DNA of 64,000 nt from Candidatus Methanoperedenaceae archaeon (GCA_963753595.1 CAVWCX010000023.1:32001-96000); one strand, 5' to 3'; counted from the stretch's first letter, positions 40,863 through 52,750 are shown. The notes: a model not told the origin generated them from the letters alone. Program-made: numbers and translations.

Positions 40863-41750
40863 TAAAACTCCATTTTTCGCTCCATCTCCGTAAGTGCGCG
40901 TATGCGTGCTTCAACTGATGGATGTGTGGAAAAGAGATTCATAAAGGATTCACCTGAGATCGCAGGTATAATAAAGAATGCATTCATTGATTCAACTTCC
41001 CGCAGATCACGTGAAGGCACACGTTCCATGACGCCACTTATGGTCATAAGGGCGGATGCAAGGTGTGACGGCTGCCCTGTTATTATCGCCGAACCCCTGT
41101 CAGCAGCGAATTCCCTGTATCTTGAAAGTGCGCGGATAAGCAAAGAAACTCAGGATCCATACGATGATCGATACAATAAAAATGATCACACCCGCGCTGC
41201 CGTTTTTACGGTCATCCCTTCCACCCATTCCGAAAAACAGCATGTTCCTCACAAGTAAAGCTGCAACTGTGGACAGGAAACTTGCAATTGTGATAACAAG
41301 CATGTCACGGTTCTTTACATGGCTTAACTCATGGGCAAGAACTGCTTCAAGTTCAGGCTGGCTCAATCTTTGTTTCAGGGATGTGGTAACAGCCACAAGT
41401 GCGCTTTTCTTGCTTCGGCCTGTTGCAAAAGCATTCGGGACATTACTTTCAACAATAGCGATCTTTGGTTTAGGCAGATCAGCGATTGCACATAGCCTTG
41501 ATATAGTTTCATGAAGACCGGGCTCCTCCTGTTCGGTGACCACCCGTCCGCCGGTGCTCCAGAGTACCAGCTTGTCTGAATAGAAGAACTGGACAAACAG
41601 CATTATCATCATAAAAATAACCAGGATATTTGTCCATGCCCCGCCATAAGTCAATATCACTGCAAGAAAGACAAGATATAATCCGGCAAGCAGGAACATT
41701 GTCAATAACATGCGTGCTTGAAGCCCGTAATCACTGTACCATTTTTTCAT
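40862..41750 (-). CDS. htpX: Zinc metalloprotease HtpX, +1 frameshift near 41143 (likely error)
   Basis: PNAFATG, AVLAHELSHVKNRD, then LSRYREFAADRG, FSTHP in the adjacent frame; one extra T in TTCTTTG. Confidence 0.88.
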
Positions 41751-41791
41751 ATTGCCCTTATATGCGTTCGCTCATATTAAAAATTGGCGAT

Positions 41792-41820
41792 TGCCAATAT
41801 AGGAGACGTGTATATTGGCA
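41792..41820. promoter_or_regulatory. Perfect 10-bp inverted repeat upstream of htpX
   Basis: TGCCAATATA-N9-TATATTGGCA. Confidence 0.45.
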
Positions 41821-41935
41821 TTGCAAAAAAGGAAAAAGGGGTAACAGGTAAATAGAGATATTTGATACTACAATTATATCCCTATTGTCCCCTTTCTTTT
41901 TAAGTCTTCAACATTTCAATTAACTGCATCTGAAG

Positions 41936-44185
41936 TTATGTTCGTTCCTCCTCTGCTGCCAGTTCCGGTGTATTCCCGAAATCTTTTGTTATGCTTGTTA
42001 TGGAATTGGGGAGAATTACTCTATTTATCGCTGGTGTTGTAGGAATATATCCTGCCGGTATTTCCTCAGAAAGACGATAAATACCTGCCCGGATGTTACT
42101 TAATTCATAGTATCCTGAAGCATTTGTTTGAATATTCTTATTGATATTAACATCCGAGCAGACGTCCCTTCCATTTAGCTTTACAATCCGGTTAGACATT
42201 CCCGGTTCATTGGCTTCCTGCAGGCCATTGAAATTATTATCCTCGAACACATGCCCGCTTATTGTCGAATTCTGGCATTCCAGAACCCCCCACTTATGCG
42301 GGAAGAACCGTAAGGTGTCACTCTGAGAAACAATGAATCCCATGCTGCCCATCAAGTTTATCATATTGCCTTTATTCAATGGTATCGGGTAGTAGTCGGT
42401 GTTTCTCAACTCTATCGTTGAGGAATTTATTCCGGTTACCCTGAACACACCGAACCAATCGCCGACCCCGATATAAGTTACATTGGTATCTATTGCCCAT
42501 GTATATTTGAATTGTACCATATCTGATGTCGGGCCTGAGAATATGGCATCTACATAAGTCACGAACAGCGGAACATTTGATTCTCCTGCATGATTACTCC
42601 TGGCATATGTGTATATCTGGCCATTTTGCATTACTTTTTCAGATATAATTCCATCCTTGCTCAATGTAAACCAGACCTGTCTTGGATTACTTCTTGCGTC
42701 TATTGAATTTATGGTCATGCTCCAGCCCTGTCCGATATCCCAAGTCTCACCTGTTGTGAGTGTCTTTTTATCAGCTGAACCTTGCTCTATAACGAGCGTT
42801 GAAAGTTTGCCGATTTTATTCTTCACAGCGACATATTTCTCTCCCTGCCAGCCAATTATACTGTATTTGCCATCTTCAGAACTCATGTTTCCCGCCTGAA
42901 ACCCGCCAAGTCCTGCTTGTGCAGCAGCAGCATAGTTCCCATTGAAGCCATACTTTACGACATTTAGCATCTTGTTGGTGCTGTTTGTGGAATACCTGAG
43001 TTTGTCCTGAAGGATCGTTCTTGCCCCCACCAACGAGGGGCTATCAATGATTGTCACTTTTTCGTTTCCAAACTCGTCATTCAGGTCATAGAATAATCCG
43101 GGAAAGTTCTGGGGTTGCCATGAGACTATTCCAATTGAAAGGTTGAGATTCATTTTTTGACCTGTAGTTTCATTTGCTATCCTGCCGCTTAAATCACCGG
43201 TTGGATAAAATCTCAATGTTTCGGCATCCGCCACTTTGAAATTCAGAGTAGAAATCAGGTTAATTGTACTGCTTCTTGTAAGCGTCACAGGAAATTTTGA
43301 GTTTTTCATTTCAATAATTGATTCATCAGCTTTTGTAGTGTTAAATATGGAATATTCATCCCCTTTTTTCACTTCTTTGACAATCGTATCAATTAACCAG
43401 GTGTACTTCAAACGCACCTTATCTGATGTTGAACCAGAGTAGATAGCATCTACATAAGTCACGAACAGAGGAACATTTGATTCTCCCCCAAGATTACTCA
43501 TGACTTTTGTGTATAGATCGCCAGGTTGCGCTATTCCTTCATCTATTACAGCCCCATCCTTCCTCAATGTAAACCACATCTGTCTTGGATTGGTTCTTGC
43601 ATCGATGGCATTGACAGTCAACTCCCAGCCCTGGCCGAGAATCCAGGTCTCACCTGTCGTAAGCGTCTTATTATTACGTCCCTGCTCGAAAACGAGATTT
43701 GTTAGCTTGTTGGTTTTATTCTTCACAGCGACATGTTTTTGCATCTTCCAGCCCACAACCTTATATTTTCCGTCTTCAGAACTCATGCTGCCTGCCTGGA
43801 ACCCGCCAAGCCCTGCCTGTGCAGCAGCAGCATAGTTCCCATTAAAGCCATACTTTACGACATCTAGCATCATGTTATCGCCGCTTGTTGAATAAACAAG
43901 TTTATCAACATCTATCGTTCTATTTCCTATCAACGAAGCACTGTTAAGGATTGTCAGCTTTTCACTTCCAAGTTCATTATCCGTATCATAGAAAAACCCA
44001 TCAAAGTTGCTTCGGTTCCAGGATACTGTCCCACTCGAAAGGACAAGATAATCCTGTATGCCATCGGTCTCATTTGCAGTCTGCCCCCGACCTTCCAGTA
44101 TCGCGGCTTGTGCAGGTACTGTTGCCAAAAATAATCCCAGTACCACAAGTCCGGCGATCATTATTTTCATAATTCTTTGTATCAT
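41936..44185 (-). CDS. S-layer family protein (two Methanosarcinales S-layer duplication domains) with C-terminal SdrD B-like domain
   Basis: Two repeats W...NF.G..YD....GxE...KTLTTGETW...LRF.P; tail ISGHVFEDNNFNGLQEANEPG. Confidence 0.85.
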   Translation of the reverse strand: MIQRIMKIMIAGLVVLGLFLATVPAQAAILEGRGQTANETDGIQDYLVLSSGTVSWNRSNFDGFFYDTDNELGSEKLTILNSASLIGNRTIDVDKLVYSTSGDNMMLDVVKYGFNGNYAAAAQAGLGGFQAGSMSSEDGKYKVVGWKMQKHVAVKNKTNKLTNLVFEQGRNNKTLTTGETWILGQGWELTVNAIDARTNPRQMWFTLRKDGAVIDEGIAQPGDLYTKVMSNLGGESNVPLFVTYVDAIYSGSTSDKVRLKYTWLIDTIVKEVKKGDEYSIFNTTKADESIIEMKNSKFPVTLTRSSTINLISTLNFKVADAETLRFYPTGDLSGRIANETTGQKMNLNLSIGIVSWQPQNFPGLFYDLNDEFGNEKVTIIDSPSLVGARTILQDKLRYSTNSTNKMLNVVKYGFNGNYAAAAQAGLGGFQAGNMSSEDGKYSIIGWQGEKYVAVKNKIGKLSTLVIEQGSADKKTLTTGETWDIGQGWSMTINSIDARSNPRQVWFTLSKDGIISEKVMQNGQIYTYARSNHAGESNVPLFVTYVDAIFSGPTSDMVQFKYTWAIDTNVTYIGVGDWFGVFRVTGINSSTIELRNTDYYPIPLNKGNMINLMGSMGFIVSQSDTLRFFPHKWGVLECQNSTISGHVFEDNNFNGLQEANEPGMSNRIVKLNGRDVCSDVNINKNIQTNASGYYELSNIRAGIYRLSEEIPAGYIPTTPAINRVILPNSITSITKDFGNTPELAAEEERT

Positions 44186-44502
44186 ATTTTTTCCTCCGCC
44201 TTTTTACATTCATTCCATCTGTAAAATAAACAAGCCAGATTTCATATAATTGAGTTAAACTTAATTTTTTAATAGCTTGTCTATTTATAGACATGTTTTG
44301 CTTTTTACTTTTAAATACTTTTCGGTCAAGTTTAAGCTGTGTAGAGTACGGAAATTATTTCGCCGGGATTTTCCATTGGAAAAAAATTTTTATGTATCAT
44401 CAAGAGTATAGAGCAATTGGTGAAAATGAAGAAAAATATGAAAGAAAGATGCTGAAAAAATCAGCGAAAAAATATCGGGATTATATAATAATATTTTATT
44501 TC

Positions 44503-45234
44503 TTACATCTCTCCCTTTTTCTCTTTTACCTTCTGCACAAGGTCAAAAATCTCATCGACATTTTCCCCGACAACGCACAGAGTGATCGAGCCTTCACCGC
44601 CATTTATCCCTCCTGCTCCTATCGCAAAAGCATCATCGGCGCCAAGCAGCATCAATGCTTCCGTTTCAGTGATAACTTCACCGAACAGCGGCATCATGCC
44701 CACTGGTAGCCCCATGGCTTTACTGCATCGCTGGATTCCGATGGTTTTTGATATCTCTATTACCGAATAAGGAATTGATTTTTCAAGGCCGACCGGAATT
44801 ACAAGATTAATGCCTTTTGCCATCACAATTCCCATGAAACCACCAGTCGTTCCACCAACCGGATTTGCCATCATGACACCTGCAACCCCATCCGGGTCAA
44901 GTGCATTTGCTCCCTTAATAACAACATCACTGGATATCATCTCATTCAGGATAGTATCTGCATTTACAATTTCTCCATCTTTAAGTGCAATTGCAGGCAG
45001 GCGCTTATCGTTCGGAACAACAGATGCAGTTTCGCCAATGTAACCTGCTGCATATCTGAAATGGTCTACCTTCCGGCCAGTAAGTTCTTCTGCAACATAT
45101 GCATTTGTCGTGCCAAGGGTAATCAAAATAATTCCCTTTTCAAGCGCTTTCTGGATAACCGGGAGATTTTTAACTCCCATTGCTATGATCCTTTTAGATT
45201 CGGGGGGTGTAAGTGTGATCTGTATCTGTTTCAT
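44503..45234 (-). CDS. Conserved hypothetical protein
   Basis: LTPPESKRIIA, GTTNAYVAEE, IKGANALD, PVGLEK, IGAGGINGGEG; start at MKQIQ. Confidence 0.7.
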   Translation of the reverse strand: MKQIQITLTPPESKRIIAMGVKNLPVIQKALEKGIILITLGTTNAYVAEELTGRKVDHFRYAAGYIGETASVVPNDKRLPAIALKDGEIVNADTILNEMISSDVVIKGANALDPDGVAGVMMANPVGGTTGGFMGIVMAKGINLVIPVGLEKSIPYSVIEISKTIGIQRCSKAMGLPVGMMPLFGEVITETEALMLLGADDAFAIGAGGINGGEGSITLCVVGENVDEIFDLVQKVKEKKGEM

Positions 45235-45525
45235 GAATTCGTCACCGAATCTACATAATACCTGTGAGTATAAAAATTTGACAGATGGAGTGAATATCTT
45301 TTTCTTTTGGGTTAAAAAAATAGTGATTTTATACAATTATTTTGACCTGATAGTTATTATCATTATTATTAAAATTTTAATAGATAAATTTAAATAACAA
45401 TATAACTAAACTCAAGATTGTGTGTCAAACCCGACATGTTGGATTCACTGCAAATTGATTAAAATCAACAAAGAGGCCAACAACTCGAGGAAGTATGAAA
45501 TGAATGGATAAAAGGAGGTTTCAAA

Positions 45526-45786
45526 ATGGGAATATATGCATGGATGCAACCAGTGGATAGGATATGGAAGGTAGTTTCAGATCCGGAAAAAGGGACACTT
45601 CTCGTATATAATGAGAAAAATGAGTTGATCCTGGACCAAAAAGGAATGACTAAAGAAGAAGTATCCTTCATCGAGGATAATTTCCTCCAGATAGTTGCCA
45701 CAAATCTCAATGCGGATAAAGTGAGCCCGCCTCAGGTAACTGAAGTAGCAAAGCCAGTCCGTGAAGTTAATTACATGTATGCGTGA
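45526..45786 (+). CDS. Small hypothetical protein
   Basis: GGAGGT SD 6 nt upstream of ATG; 86 aa. Confidence 0.65.
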   Translation: MGIYAWMQPVDRIWKVVSDPEKGTLLVYNEKNELILDQKGMTKEEVSFIEDNFLQIVATNLNADKVSPPQVTEVAKPVREVNYMYA

Positions 45787-45835
45787 TATTTGGAAAAGGG
45801 ATAGCGTTCATTTGGATTCATGGACGGCATTATCC

Positions 45836-46589
45836 TTATTTCGATGCCATTTTTATTTCAGTTACAAGTGATTTCAAAACGCTGTCCCTGATAATATTGG
45901 CTTCAAGGCTTGTCCGTATCCTGGGGCGCGTCAATTTTACATCGAATATCTCTTTAACCTTACCAGGCCGGGCTGACATGACAACCACTTTATCAGCCAG
46001 ATAAACCGCTTCATCAACACTATGGGTAACAAAAAGTACGCTTATGTGTTCTGTCTCCCATATCCTGAGTAATTCACCCTGCATGAGATTTCTTGTTTGC
46101 GCATCAAGCGCCCCGAAAGGTTCATCCATCAACAGAAGCTTGGGGTTATTTGCATAAGCCCGCGCGATCCCGACTCTTTGTTTCATTCCCCCTGACAATT
46201 CATTGGGGTAATGGCTCTCAAACCCGCTTAAACCTACAAGGTCGATATAATGTTTTGAGATATTTTCACATTCTGCTTTAGTCATTCCTTTTACCTGGGG
46301 TCCGAATTCGATATTCGCTTTGACGGTTCTCCATGGGAATAGTGCGTATTCCTGGAACACAAAACCACATTCCTTATTTACCCCGTTTATTTTATTACTA
46401 TCGAGCGATATTGATCCCATCATCCGGCGCAACAAGCCCGGCAGCAAGACGAAGTACAGTGGTTTTTCCGCATCCGCTGGGGCCAAGAAGGCATACAAAC
46501 TCCCCATCTGCAACTTCAAAATTTACATCAAGAAGCGCCTGGAAATTATTGAATTTCTTGGAAACCGACTTCAAGATCAATCTACCCAA
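45836..46589 (-). CDS. Nitrate/sulfonate-type ABC ATPase, frameshift near 46417 (likely error)
   Basis: GPSGCGKTT in one frame; VFQEYALFPW, LSGGMKQR, MDEPFGALD in the next; one extra G in GATGGGATC. Confidence 0.88.
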
Positions 46590-47383
46590 TTTATGAACCT
46601 CCTCTGCAAAAGAAGAATGCTGATATTCATAATATATCCGATCACGCCTATTACTATCATTCCTGCAACCATTTCCGAATAGCGGCCAAGGTCTCCCATG
46701 TTCCAGATAAAATAACCAAGGCCGACAGGACTCCTTATGACCATCTCGGCTGCAACAATTGCCATCCAACCCACGCCAAGGCCGATCCTTAATCCTGTCA
46801 TAATGGATGGAAACGCTGACGGAATAACTACTTTTTTTACGATCATTGATTCTGAAGCCCCAAGTGTTTTCGCAGCATCGATCAATCGTGGGTCTGTTGA
46901 TTTTACTCCCTGGATGGTATTAAGGATTATTGGAAAAACAACACCAATAAAAACAATAAATATCGATCCGCCTGAAACGAAAATAAATATTGAAAGCGGT
47001 ATCCATGCCATGGGAGGCATATTGCGAACGATTTCAATTATAGGATTAAATAAATTTCCCAGGAACTTTGAATATCCTACACCAATCCCTACAGGTACTC
47101 CGATGATAAATGCAATTATCCCACCTTCTATCACCCTCTGGAGACTGGCATAAACGTGATTGATTATACCGTAAGTGAGGGACGGGCCATATATTCTTGT
47201 AAACATCGAATCAACAAGCGCATACCATGTTTCAACAGGTGTGGGGATGTCCCGGAGGCGAATGAACGGAATATTGAAAATATCATTCCTTGCAAGTATT
47301 ACAAGTATCTGCCAGACAAAAGCAAAAATGATAAGGGAAAAGATGTTTATTAACAATCCTCTTTTCCCGGCATCGAATTTCAT
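46577..47383 (-). CDS. Nitrate/sulfonate-type ABC permease
   Basis: SLQRV, PPMAWIPL, DAAKTLGA, GLRIGLGVGWMAIVAAEM. Confidence 0.92.
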   Translation of the reverse strand: MKFDAGKRGLLINIFSLIIFAFVWQILVILARNDIFNIPFIRLRDIPTPVETWYALVDSMFTRIYGPSLTYGIINHVYASLQRVIEGGIIAFIIGVPVGIGVGYSKFLGNLFNPIIEIVRNMPPMAWIPLSIFIFVSGGSIFIVFIGVVFPIILNTIQGVKSTDPRLIDAAKTLGASESMIVKKVVIPSAFPSIMTGLRIGLGVGWMAIVAAEMVIRSPVGLGYFIWNMGDLGRYSEMVAGMIVIGVIGYIMNISILLLQRRFINWVD

Positions 47384-48483
47384 TAATAACTGACCTTAAG
47401 TCCTTCCTTTTCGGCCTCCATAAGGAAAAGGACATGCTGTATCGTCCCTTGTCCGGGGAATCCAACGGTCTTTCCCTGCAGGTCCTTTAATGAAGTTATG
47501 TTTTTACCAACAACTATGACCGAACCTTCATTGTTCATCCCTGCGATAACACCGACCCTGGCATCATCGTTGGAAAAATCATTGCTGTTGATCCGGTGGA
47601 TAATTACCGGAGGTATTCCAAGACTACCTACATCAACCGTATTTCCTTTAAAGCCTTTCTGCATTTCAAAAGCGCCATTCTGGAACGGAGCTCCTTCGGC
47701 TATGACAATATTTATCCCTAAATCCCGATAATATCCTCTTTGCCATCCTACATAGAATGGAAGTTCATGGATATCATTTACAAGATAAGCATATCGAATG
47801 TTTACAGGTTCTTTCAATGCGATCCTGGTAACATTTTCATCTTTATTATTGACCGCCCAGTCGACATAATCGTTGGTTACAAGCGAATTGGCATAATCAG
47901 AAGCATTTTTGTATCCTGACTGGTTCCATTTCGCCATGTCAAAAATTCCAAAATCCTCTATCCTCTGGATAAATATAGTAGTTCCGGCCACATTTGTATT
48001 GTAAACGAATTCAACGTCAACAAGGCTCAGGTTTGCAGCGGCCGGGTCTGTCATCCCGCCAAATTGCATTGTATAATTTATTAGTTGGTCATGGTCAGGT
48101 GAATCGCTTTGCTTGGCATTATTGATATATTCGACTGACTTTAACTGCACAAGTGCCATTCGCTTCAGGATATCGTCAGAATTATTGGTCTTCTTATACC
48201 AGTCGTCATCATAGGCTACAACACAGCAGGGATGATCAGTCCATATTTTTCCTGAAAATATCAGGTTTTTCCCATATCCTTTGGTTACAGCTATTGCAGG
48301 ATAAGGTTCCCACATAATGAATCCGGCAATTTCACCTGTTCCCAATCTCTGTATCATTTCCTGACCGCTCATTTTCACAAGGTTAATAGGCTCACTAACT
48401 TCAGGAGTTTTTTTACTTTCAAGGCATCCAGCTACAAAAATTGCTATAATGACCACAAATAAGATCTTCACCAAATTTTTCAT
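47383..48483 (-). CDS. NMT1/SsuA-type substrate-binding lipoprotein, circularly permuted
   Basis: Lipobox VAGC; WEPY and HPCC precede HELPFYVG..GYY and DLQGKTVGFPG.GTIQ. Confidence 0.8.
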   Translation of the reverse strand: MKNLVKILFVVIIAIFVAGCLESKKTPEVSEPINLVKMSGQEMIQRLGTGEIAGFIMWEPYPAIAVTKGYGKNLIFSGKIWTDHPCCVVAYDDDWYKKTNNSDDILKRMALVQLKSVEYINNAKQSDSPDHDQLINYTMQFGGMTDPAAANLSLVDVEFVYNTNVAGTTIFIQRIEDFGIFDMAKWNQSGYKNASDYANSLVTNDYVDWAVNNKDENVTRIALKEPVNIRYAYLVNDIHELPFYVGWQRGYYRDLGINIVIAEGAPFQNGAFEMQKGFKGNTVDVGSLGIPPVIIHRINSNDFSNDDARVGVIAGMNNEGSVIVVGKNITSLKDLQGKTVGFPGQGTIQHVLFLMEAEKEGLKVSY

Positions 48484-48655
48484 GTTCTACCTCAATAAAA
48501 TTCAATCAACTATTAATCAATATATAGATTCAAATATCGCTATTTAATGGTTTCCGTTTTTTCATGAAAAACCGTTTTTTGTGCCTAATAATTCGCAATC
48601 ATATACACTTAAGTCCGCAAACAACAACTATTTATTATGATGTGACAATGTAGAT

Positions 48656-48904
48656 ATGGTGGTAAATGTGCCATATAAAACGATAAAGATCAGGGATGAA
48701 ACATACGAAAATATAAACGTCTTAGTAGGTGACCTGATGAAAGAACTGAAAAGACCGGTATCCATGGATGAAGCGTTGAGATATTTGCTCAAATGCAGGA
48801 AGAATAAGCCAAGTACGTTCGCTGGCGGCTGGAAAATTGATGAAGTGGAAATTGAAGGAATCAAAAGGGAATTAAAGGAAAGCTGGAAAAGATGGGAATT
48901 GTAA
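48656..48904 (+). CDS. VapB-like antitoxin
   Basis: KTIKIRDETYE, SMDEALRYLL, FAGGW; overlaps the PIN gene. Confidence 0.75.
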   Translation: MVVNVPYKTIKIRDETYENINVLVGDLMKELKRPVSMDEALRYLLKCRKNKPSTFAGGWKIDEVEIEGIKRELKESWKRWEL

Positions 48905-49284
48905 TAGATACCGATATACTGATTGACCTTCTCAGGGATAGGGAATACGCGGTCAGAAAGATAAAAGAGCTTGAGAAAAACGAAGAACTTTTCACCACGG
49001 ATATAAACGCCTTCGAGCTGTACTTCGGAGCCTATAATTCCAGGGATAAGGAAAGGAATATCGCAGCAACTAAAGGCCTTCTTAAAACTATGCTGCTGCT
49101 CCACACGCAGGAGGAGAGCATGGAGACGGCCGGAAGGATTTTCGCGCAAAGAAAGAGCAAAGGAAAAATGATTGAGATCAGGGACTTGCTCATAGCTGCA
49201 ATTACCCTGCAGAATGGATGCAGGCTTTTCACAAATAATAAAGACCATTTTGAAGGGATTGAGGGATTGTCTCTTCATGATTAA
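48892..49284 (+). CDS. vapC: VapC PIN-domain toxin
   Basis: IDTDILIDLL, FELYFG, DLLIAAI, LFTNNKDHF. Confidence 0.9.
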   Translation: MGIVIDTDILIDLLRDREYAVRKIKELEKNEELFTTDINAFELYFGAYNSRDKERNIAATKGLLKTMLLLHTQEESMETAGRIFAQRKSKGKMIEIRDLLIAAITLQNGCRLFTNNKDHFEGIEGLSLHD

Positions 49285-49396
49285 GAATTATACGAACATT
49301 TCATGTCTCAAATGAAGACAGTTTAAATTATTTGTTATTCACGATGGATACAATTAATAATACATCTTCCCATTTAGCCTGAAAAACAGAGGTAAA

Positions 49397-52300
49397 ATGC
49401 CAAAAAGATCCGACATCAAGAAAGTACTGCTTATAGGTTCAGGCCCTATAATGATAGGACAGGGGGCAGAATTTGATTTTTCAGGCAGCCAGGCATGCCG
49501 CTCCCTTCGGGAAGAGGGAATAAAAGTCGTTCTGGTCAATAGCAATCCTGCAACCATTATGACAGATACCGATATGGCAGATGCGGTTTACATCGAACCC
49601 CTTGAACCTGAGATCGTGTCAAAGATCATTGAAAAAGAACGTCCTGATGGCATAATTGCGGGTCTTGGCGGGCAGACAGGCCTTAATCTTACTTCTGAAC
49701 TTGCAGAATTAGGAGTGCTTGAAAAATTCGGCGTGGAGCTTCTTGGCACATCATTGCAGGCGATCAAGGACTCGGAAGACAGGGATCTCTTCAAGAGAAA
49801 AATGATTAGCATCGGTGAAAAAGTCCCGCGCTCAAAAGCTGTGAACACACTTGAAGATGCTGAGGCGCTGATAGAAGAACTTGGTCTTCCGCTTATCATA
49901 CGTCCTGCATACACTCTCGGAGGCGCAGGAGGAGGTATCGCATATACCCGGGAAGAGCTTCTTGAAATAACCGAGCGGGGACTTAAACGTTCACGGATAA
50001 ACCAGGTACTTATCGAAGAGAGCATTATGGGCTGGAAGGAATTTGAGTATGAGGTCATGCGTGACAAGAACGATACCTGTATTGTTATATGCAATATGGA
50101 AAACATAGACCCGATGGGCATACATACGGGTGAATCGATCGTAGTAACGCCTTCCCAGACGCTTTCGGATAATGATCACCAGAAACTTCGAAGCACATCT
50201 ATTAAGATCATAAGGGCCCTTGGAATTGAAGGGGGATGCAATATCCAGTTCGCTGTGCGCGATGATGAGGTTCGGATCGTGGAAGTCAATCCGCGTGTTT
50301 CACGCTCATCGGCTCTCGCGTCAAAAGCAACAGGTTACCCGATAGCCCGCGTAACTGCAAAGATCGCTATCGGTATGACGCTTGATGAAATAACCAACGA
50401 TATCACCAAGAAAACACCCGCCTCTTTTGAACCCACTATTGACTATACTGTCGTCAAGATACCACGCTGGCCATTTGACAAATTCGTGACTGCTGATAAG
50501 CATCTTACCACTGCCATGAAAAGCACGGGAGAAGTAATGGCTATCGGGCGTACTATTGAAGAAGCGCTCCAGAAAGCTGTACGCTCACTTGAAGTGGATA
50601 TGGACTTCGGCTTTAAGGAATGGAGCAAGGAGGAGAGACTTGATATCCTGCGCCATCCCACTCATGAACGCCTGTTCGTCATTTACCAGGAATTACGCGA
50701 TGGAATGCCGGCTGATGAGATTTCACGAATTACCAGCATCGATCCCTTCTTTATCCGAAAGATCCAGAATATTATTGATATCGAGGACACAGTAAAAGCC
50801 GACCTGTCTCCGGTCAATCTCAGGAAAGCCAAACGCATGGGCATAAGCGATGAAAGAATAGCGTTTTTGACAGAAAAGACCCGCGAAGAAATAAACGATA
50901 TGCGAAGGCACAATTGTATCATTCCAACATATAAGATGGTTGATACATGCGCAGCAGAATTTGAAGCCGCAACCCCATATTATTATTCGACGTATGAAGA
51001 ACAATGCGAAGATATCCCTTCGAATAAGAAGAAAGTCCTCATAATTGGTTCAGGTCCGATCCGTATCGGCCAGGGGATTGAGTTTGACTACTGTACGGTT
51101 CATGCGGTAACGGCGCTTCGCGAGATGGGGATAGAGACCCATATATTGAACAATAATCCTGAAACAGTTTCTACGGATTACGATACATCAGACAAATTAT
51201 TCTTTGAGCCGTTGACGCTTGAAGATGTCATGAATGTGATTGACAGGGAACGCCCCTTTGGTGTAATGGTGCAGTTCGGGGGGCAGACATCGGTGAACCT
51301 TGCCATACCCCTTAAGAAAGAACTTGACAGGAGAACTGACATTAAAACGGTCATCCTGGGAACCACGCCTGATGATATGGATGTCGCGGAGGACAGGGGA
51401 CGTTTTAATGCAATGATGAAAAAACTTGGCATATTCCAGCCTGAAGCGGGATGCGCTACAAATTATTCACAGGCTTTCAATGAAGCTAAAAGGATCGGAT
51501 ATCCTGTACTCGTGCGACCATCATACGTTCTTGGAGGACGAGCCATGGAGATCGTATATGATGAACGCGACCTTGACCGCTACCTGAAAGAAGCGGTAAA
51601 GGTCTCAAATGAGCATCCAGTGCTTATCGATGATTTCCTTGATAATGCCGTTGAAATAGATGTTGATGCAATTTGTGACGGCAAGGATGTGCTGATCGGC
51701 GCGATAATGGAACACATTGAAGAAGCAGGCATCCATTCCGGGGATTCGGCCTGTGTAATACCTCCGCAATCCCTCAAGCCTGAGATCATAGCGATTGTTC
51801 GCGATTATGTGAAAAAGATCGCCCTTGCCCTGCATGTAGTGGGGATCATTAACATCCAGATGGCGACAAAGAACGGAATCGTTTATGTTCTTGAAGCAAA
51901 TCCCAGATCAAGCCGCACTATACCATTTGTGAGCAAGGCGACAGGGGTCCCGCTTGCTAAAATCGCTGCAAGGGTTATGGCAGGGCACACGTTGAAAGAG
52001 CTTGGGATCACGGGTGATGTTACTCCAAAACACGTTTCTGTAAAAGAGGTTCTCCTGCCGTTTGATAAATTACCGGGCGCTGATCCGTTGCTTGGGCCTG
52101 AGATGAAAAGCACAGGAGAAGTGATGGGAATAGACTACGACTTCGGAAAGGCGTTCTACAAGGCCGAATGGGCGGGAGATAATAAACTTCCTATGTCAGG
52201 AACCGTTTTCATGTCGATACGCGGTGCCGATAAATCGCTAATTGTCGGAGTAGCAAGGAAAATGCAGGAAGCTGGACTTCATATCCTGGGTACCCAGGGA

Positions 52301-52600
52301 ACAGCGCAGTTCCTGTCTGACAGGGGAATAAAGATAGAAGTCATAAACAAGGTCAGTGAAGGCTCACCAAATGTAGTAGACTTGATCCATAATAAGAAAG
52401 TAGACCTGATAATAAATACTCCAACAAGCAAGGAGGCTGTTAAAGATGGTTTCCAGATACGGCGAGCAGCTGTTGATTTCAGTGTGCCTTATATCACAAC
52501 GATACAGGGTGCGCTTGCTGCCGGCGATGCCATAGAAGCAATGAACAAGGGTGAAATTTCAATAAAATCGCTTGGTGAATACCATTATCAAAAAGCTTAA
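49397..52600 (+). CDS. carB: Carbamoyl-phosphate synthase large subunit
   Basis: [17 protein letters not shown], two ATP-grasp halves, [13 protein letters not shown] domain. Confidence 0.98.
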   Translation: MPKRSDIKKVLLIGSGPIMIGQGAEFDFSGSQACRSLREEGIKVVLVNSNPATIMTDTDMADAVYIEPLEPEIVSKIIEKERPDGIIAGLGGQTGLNLTSELAELGVLEKFGVELLGTSLQAIKDSEDRDLFKRKMISIGEKVPRSKAVNTLEDAEALIEELGLPLIIRPAYTLGGAGGGIAYTREELLEITERGLKRSRINQVLIEESIMGWKEFEYEVMRDKNDTCIVICNMENIDPMGIHTGESIVVTPSQTLSDNDHQKLRSTSIKIIRALGIEGGCNIQFAVRDDEVRIVEVNPRVSRSSALASKATGYPIARVTAKIAIGMTLDEITNDITKKTPASFEPTIDYTVVKIPRWPFDKFVTADKHLTTAMKSTGEVMAIGRTIEEALQKAVRSLEVDMDFGFKEWSKEERLDILRHPTHERLFVIYQELRDGMPADEISRITSIDPFFIRKIQNIIDIEDTVKADLSPVNLRKAKRMGISDERIAFLTEKTREEINDMRRHNCIIPTYKMVDTCAAEFEAATPYYYSTYEEQCEDIPSNKKKVLIIGSGPIRIGQGIEFDYCTVHAVTALREMGIETHILNNNPETVSTDYDTSDKLFFEPLTLEDVMNVIDRERPFGVMVQFGGQTSVNLAIPLKKELDRRTDIKTVILGTTPDDMDVAEDRGRFNAMMKKLGIFQPEAGCATNYSQAFNEAKRIGYPVLVRPSYVLGGRAMEIVYDERDLDRYLKEAVKVSNEHPVLIDDFLDNAVEIDVDAICDGKDVLIGAIMEHIEEAGIHSGDSACVIPPQSLKPEIIAIVRDYVKKIALALHVVGIINIQMATKNGIVYVLEANPRSSRTIPFVSKATGVPLAKIAARVMAGHTLKELGITGDVTPKHVSVKEVLLPFDKLPGADPLLGPEMKSTGEVMGIDYDFGKAFYKAEWAGDNKLPMSGTVFMSIRGADKSLIVGVARKMQEAGLHILGTQGTAQFLSDRGIKIEVINKVSEGSPNVVDLIHNKKVDLIINTPTSKEAVKDGFQIRRAAVDFSVPYITTIQGALAAGDAIEAMNKGEISIKSLGEYHYQKA

Positions 52601-52634
52601 ATCAAAGTACGCCTTTACAGGTTCGCTTGACAAT

Positions 52635-52707
52635 GCCGCCATAACTCAGTTGGTAGAGTGCCTGGCTGTTAACCAGGATGTCACAGGTTCGAGCCCTGTT
52701 GGTGGCG
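52635..52707 (+). tRNA. tRNA-Asn(GTT)
   Basis: Acceptor GCCGCCA/TGGTGGC, anticodon arm CCTGG-CTGTTAA-CCAGG, T loop TTCGAG, discriminator G. Confidence 0.95.
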
Positions 52708-52750
52708 CTCTAGTATTTAATTCGTTCAATTAAACCACAATGATTTTTGA

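Noticed and set aside
41100-41160. Programmed frameshift or phase variation in htpX (also ABC ATPase ~46417, cheW ~26807, wHTH ~16890)
   Set aside because: Single-base insertions, mostly in short homopolymers, in otherwise intact genes with no evident stimulatory structure; most consistent with long-read consensus error. Read mapping would settle it.
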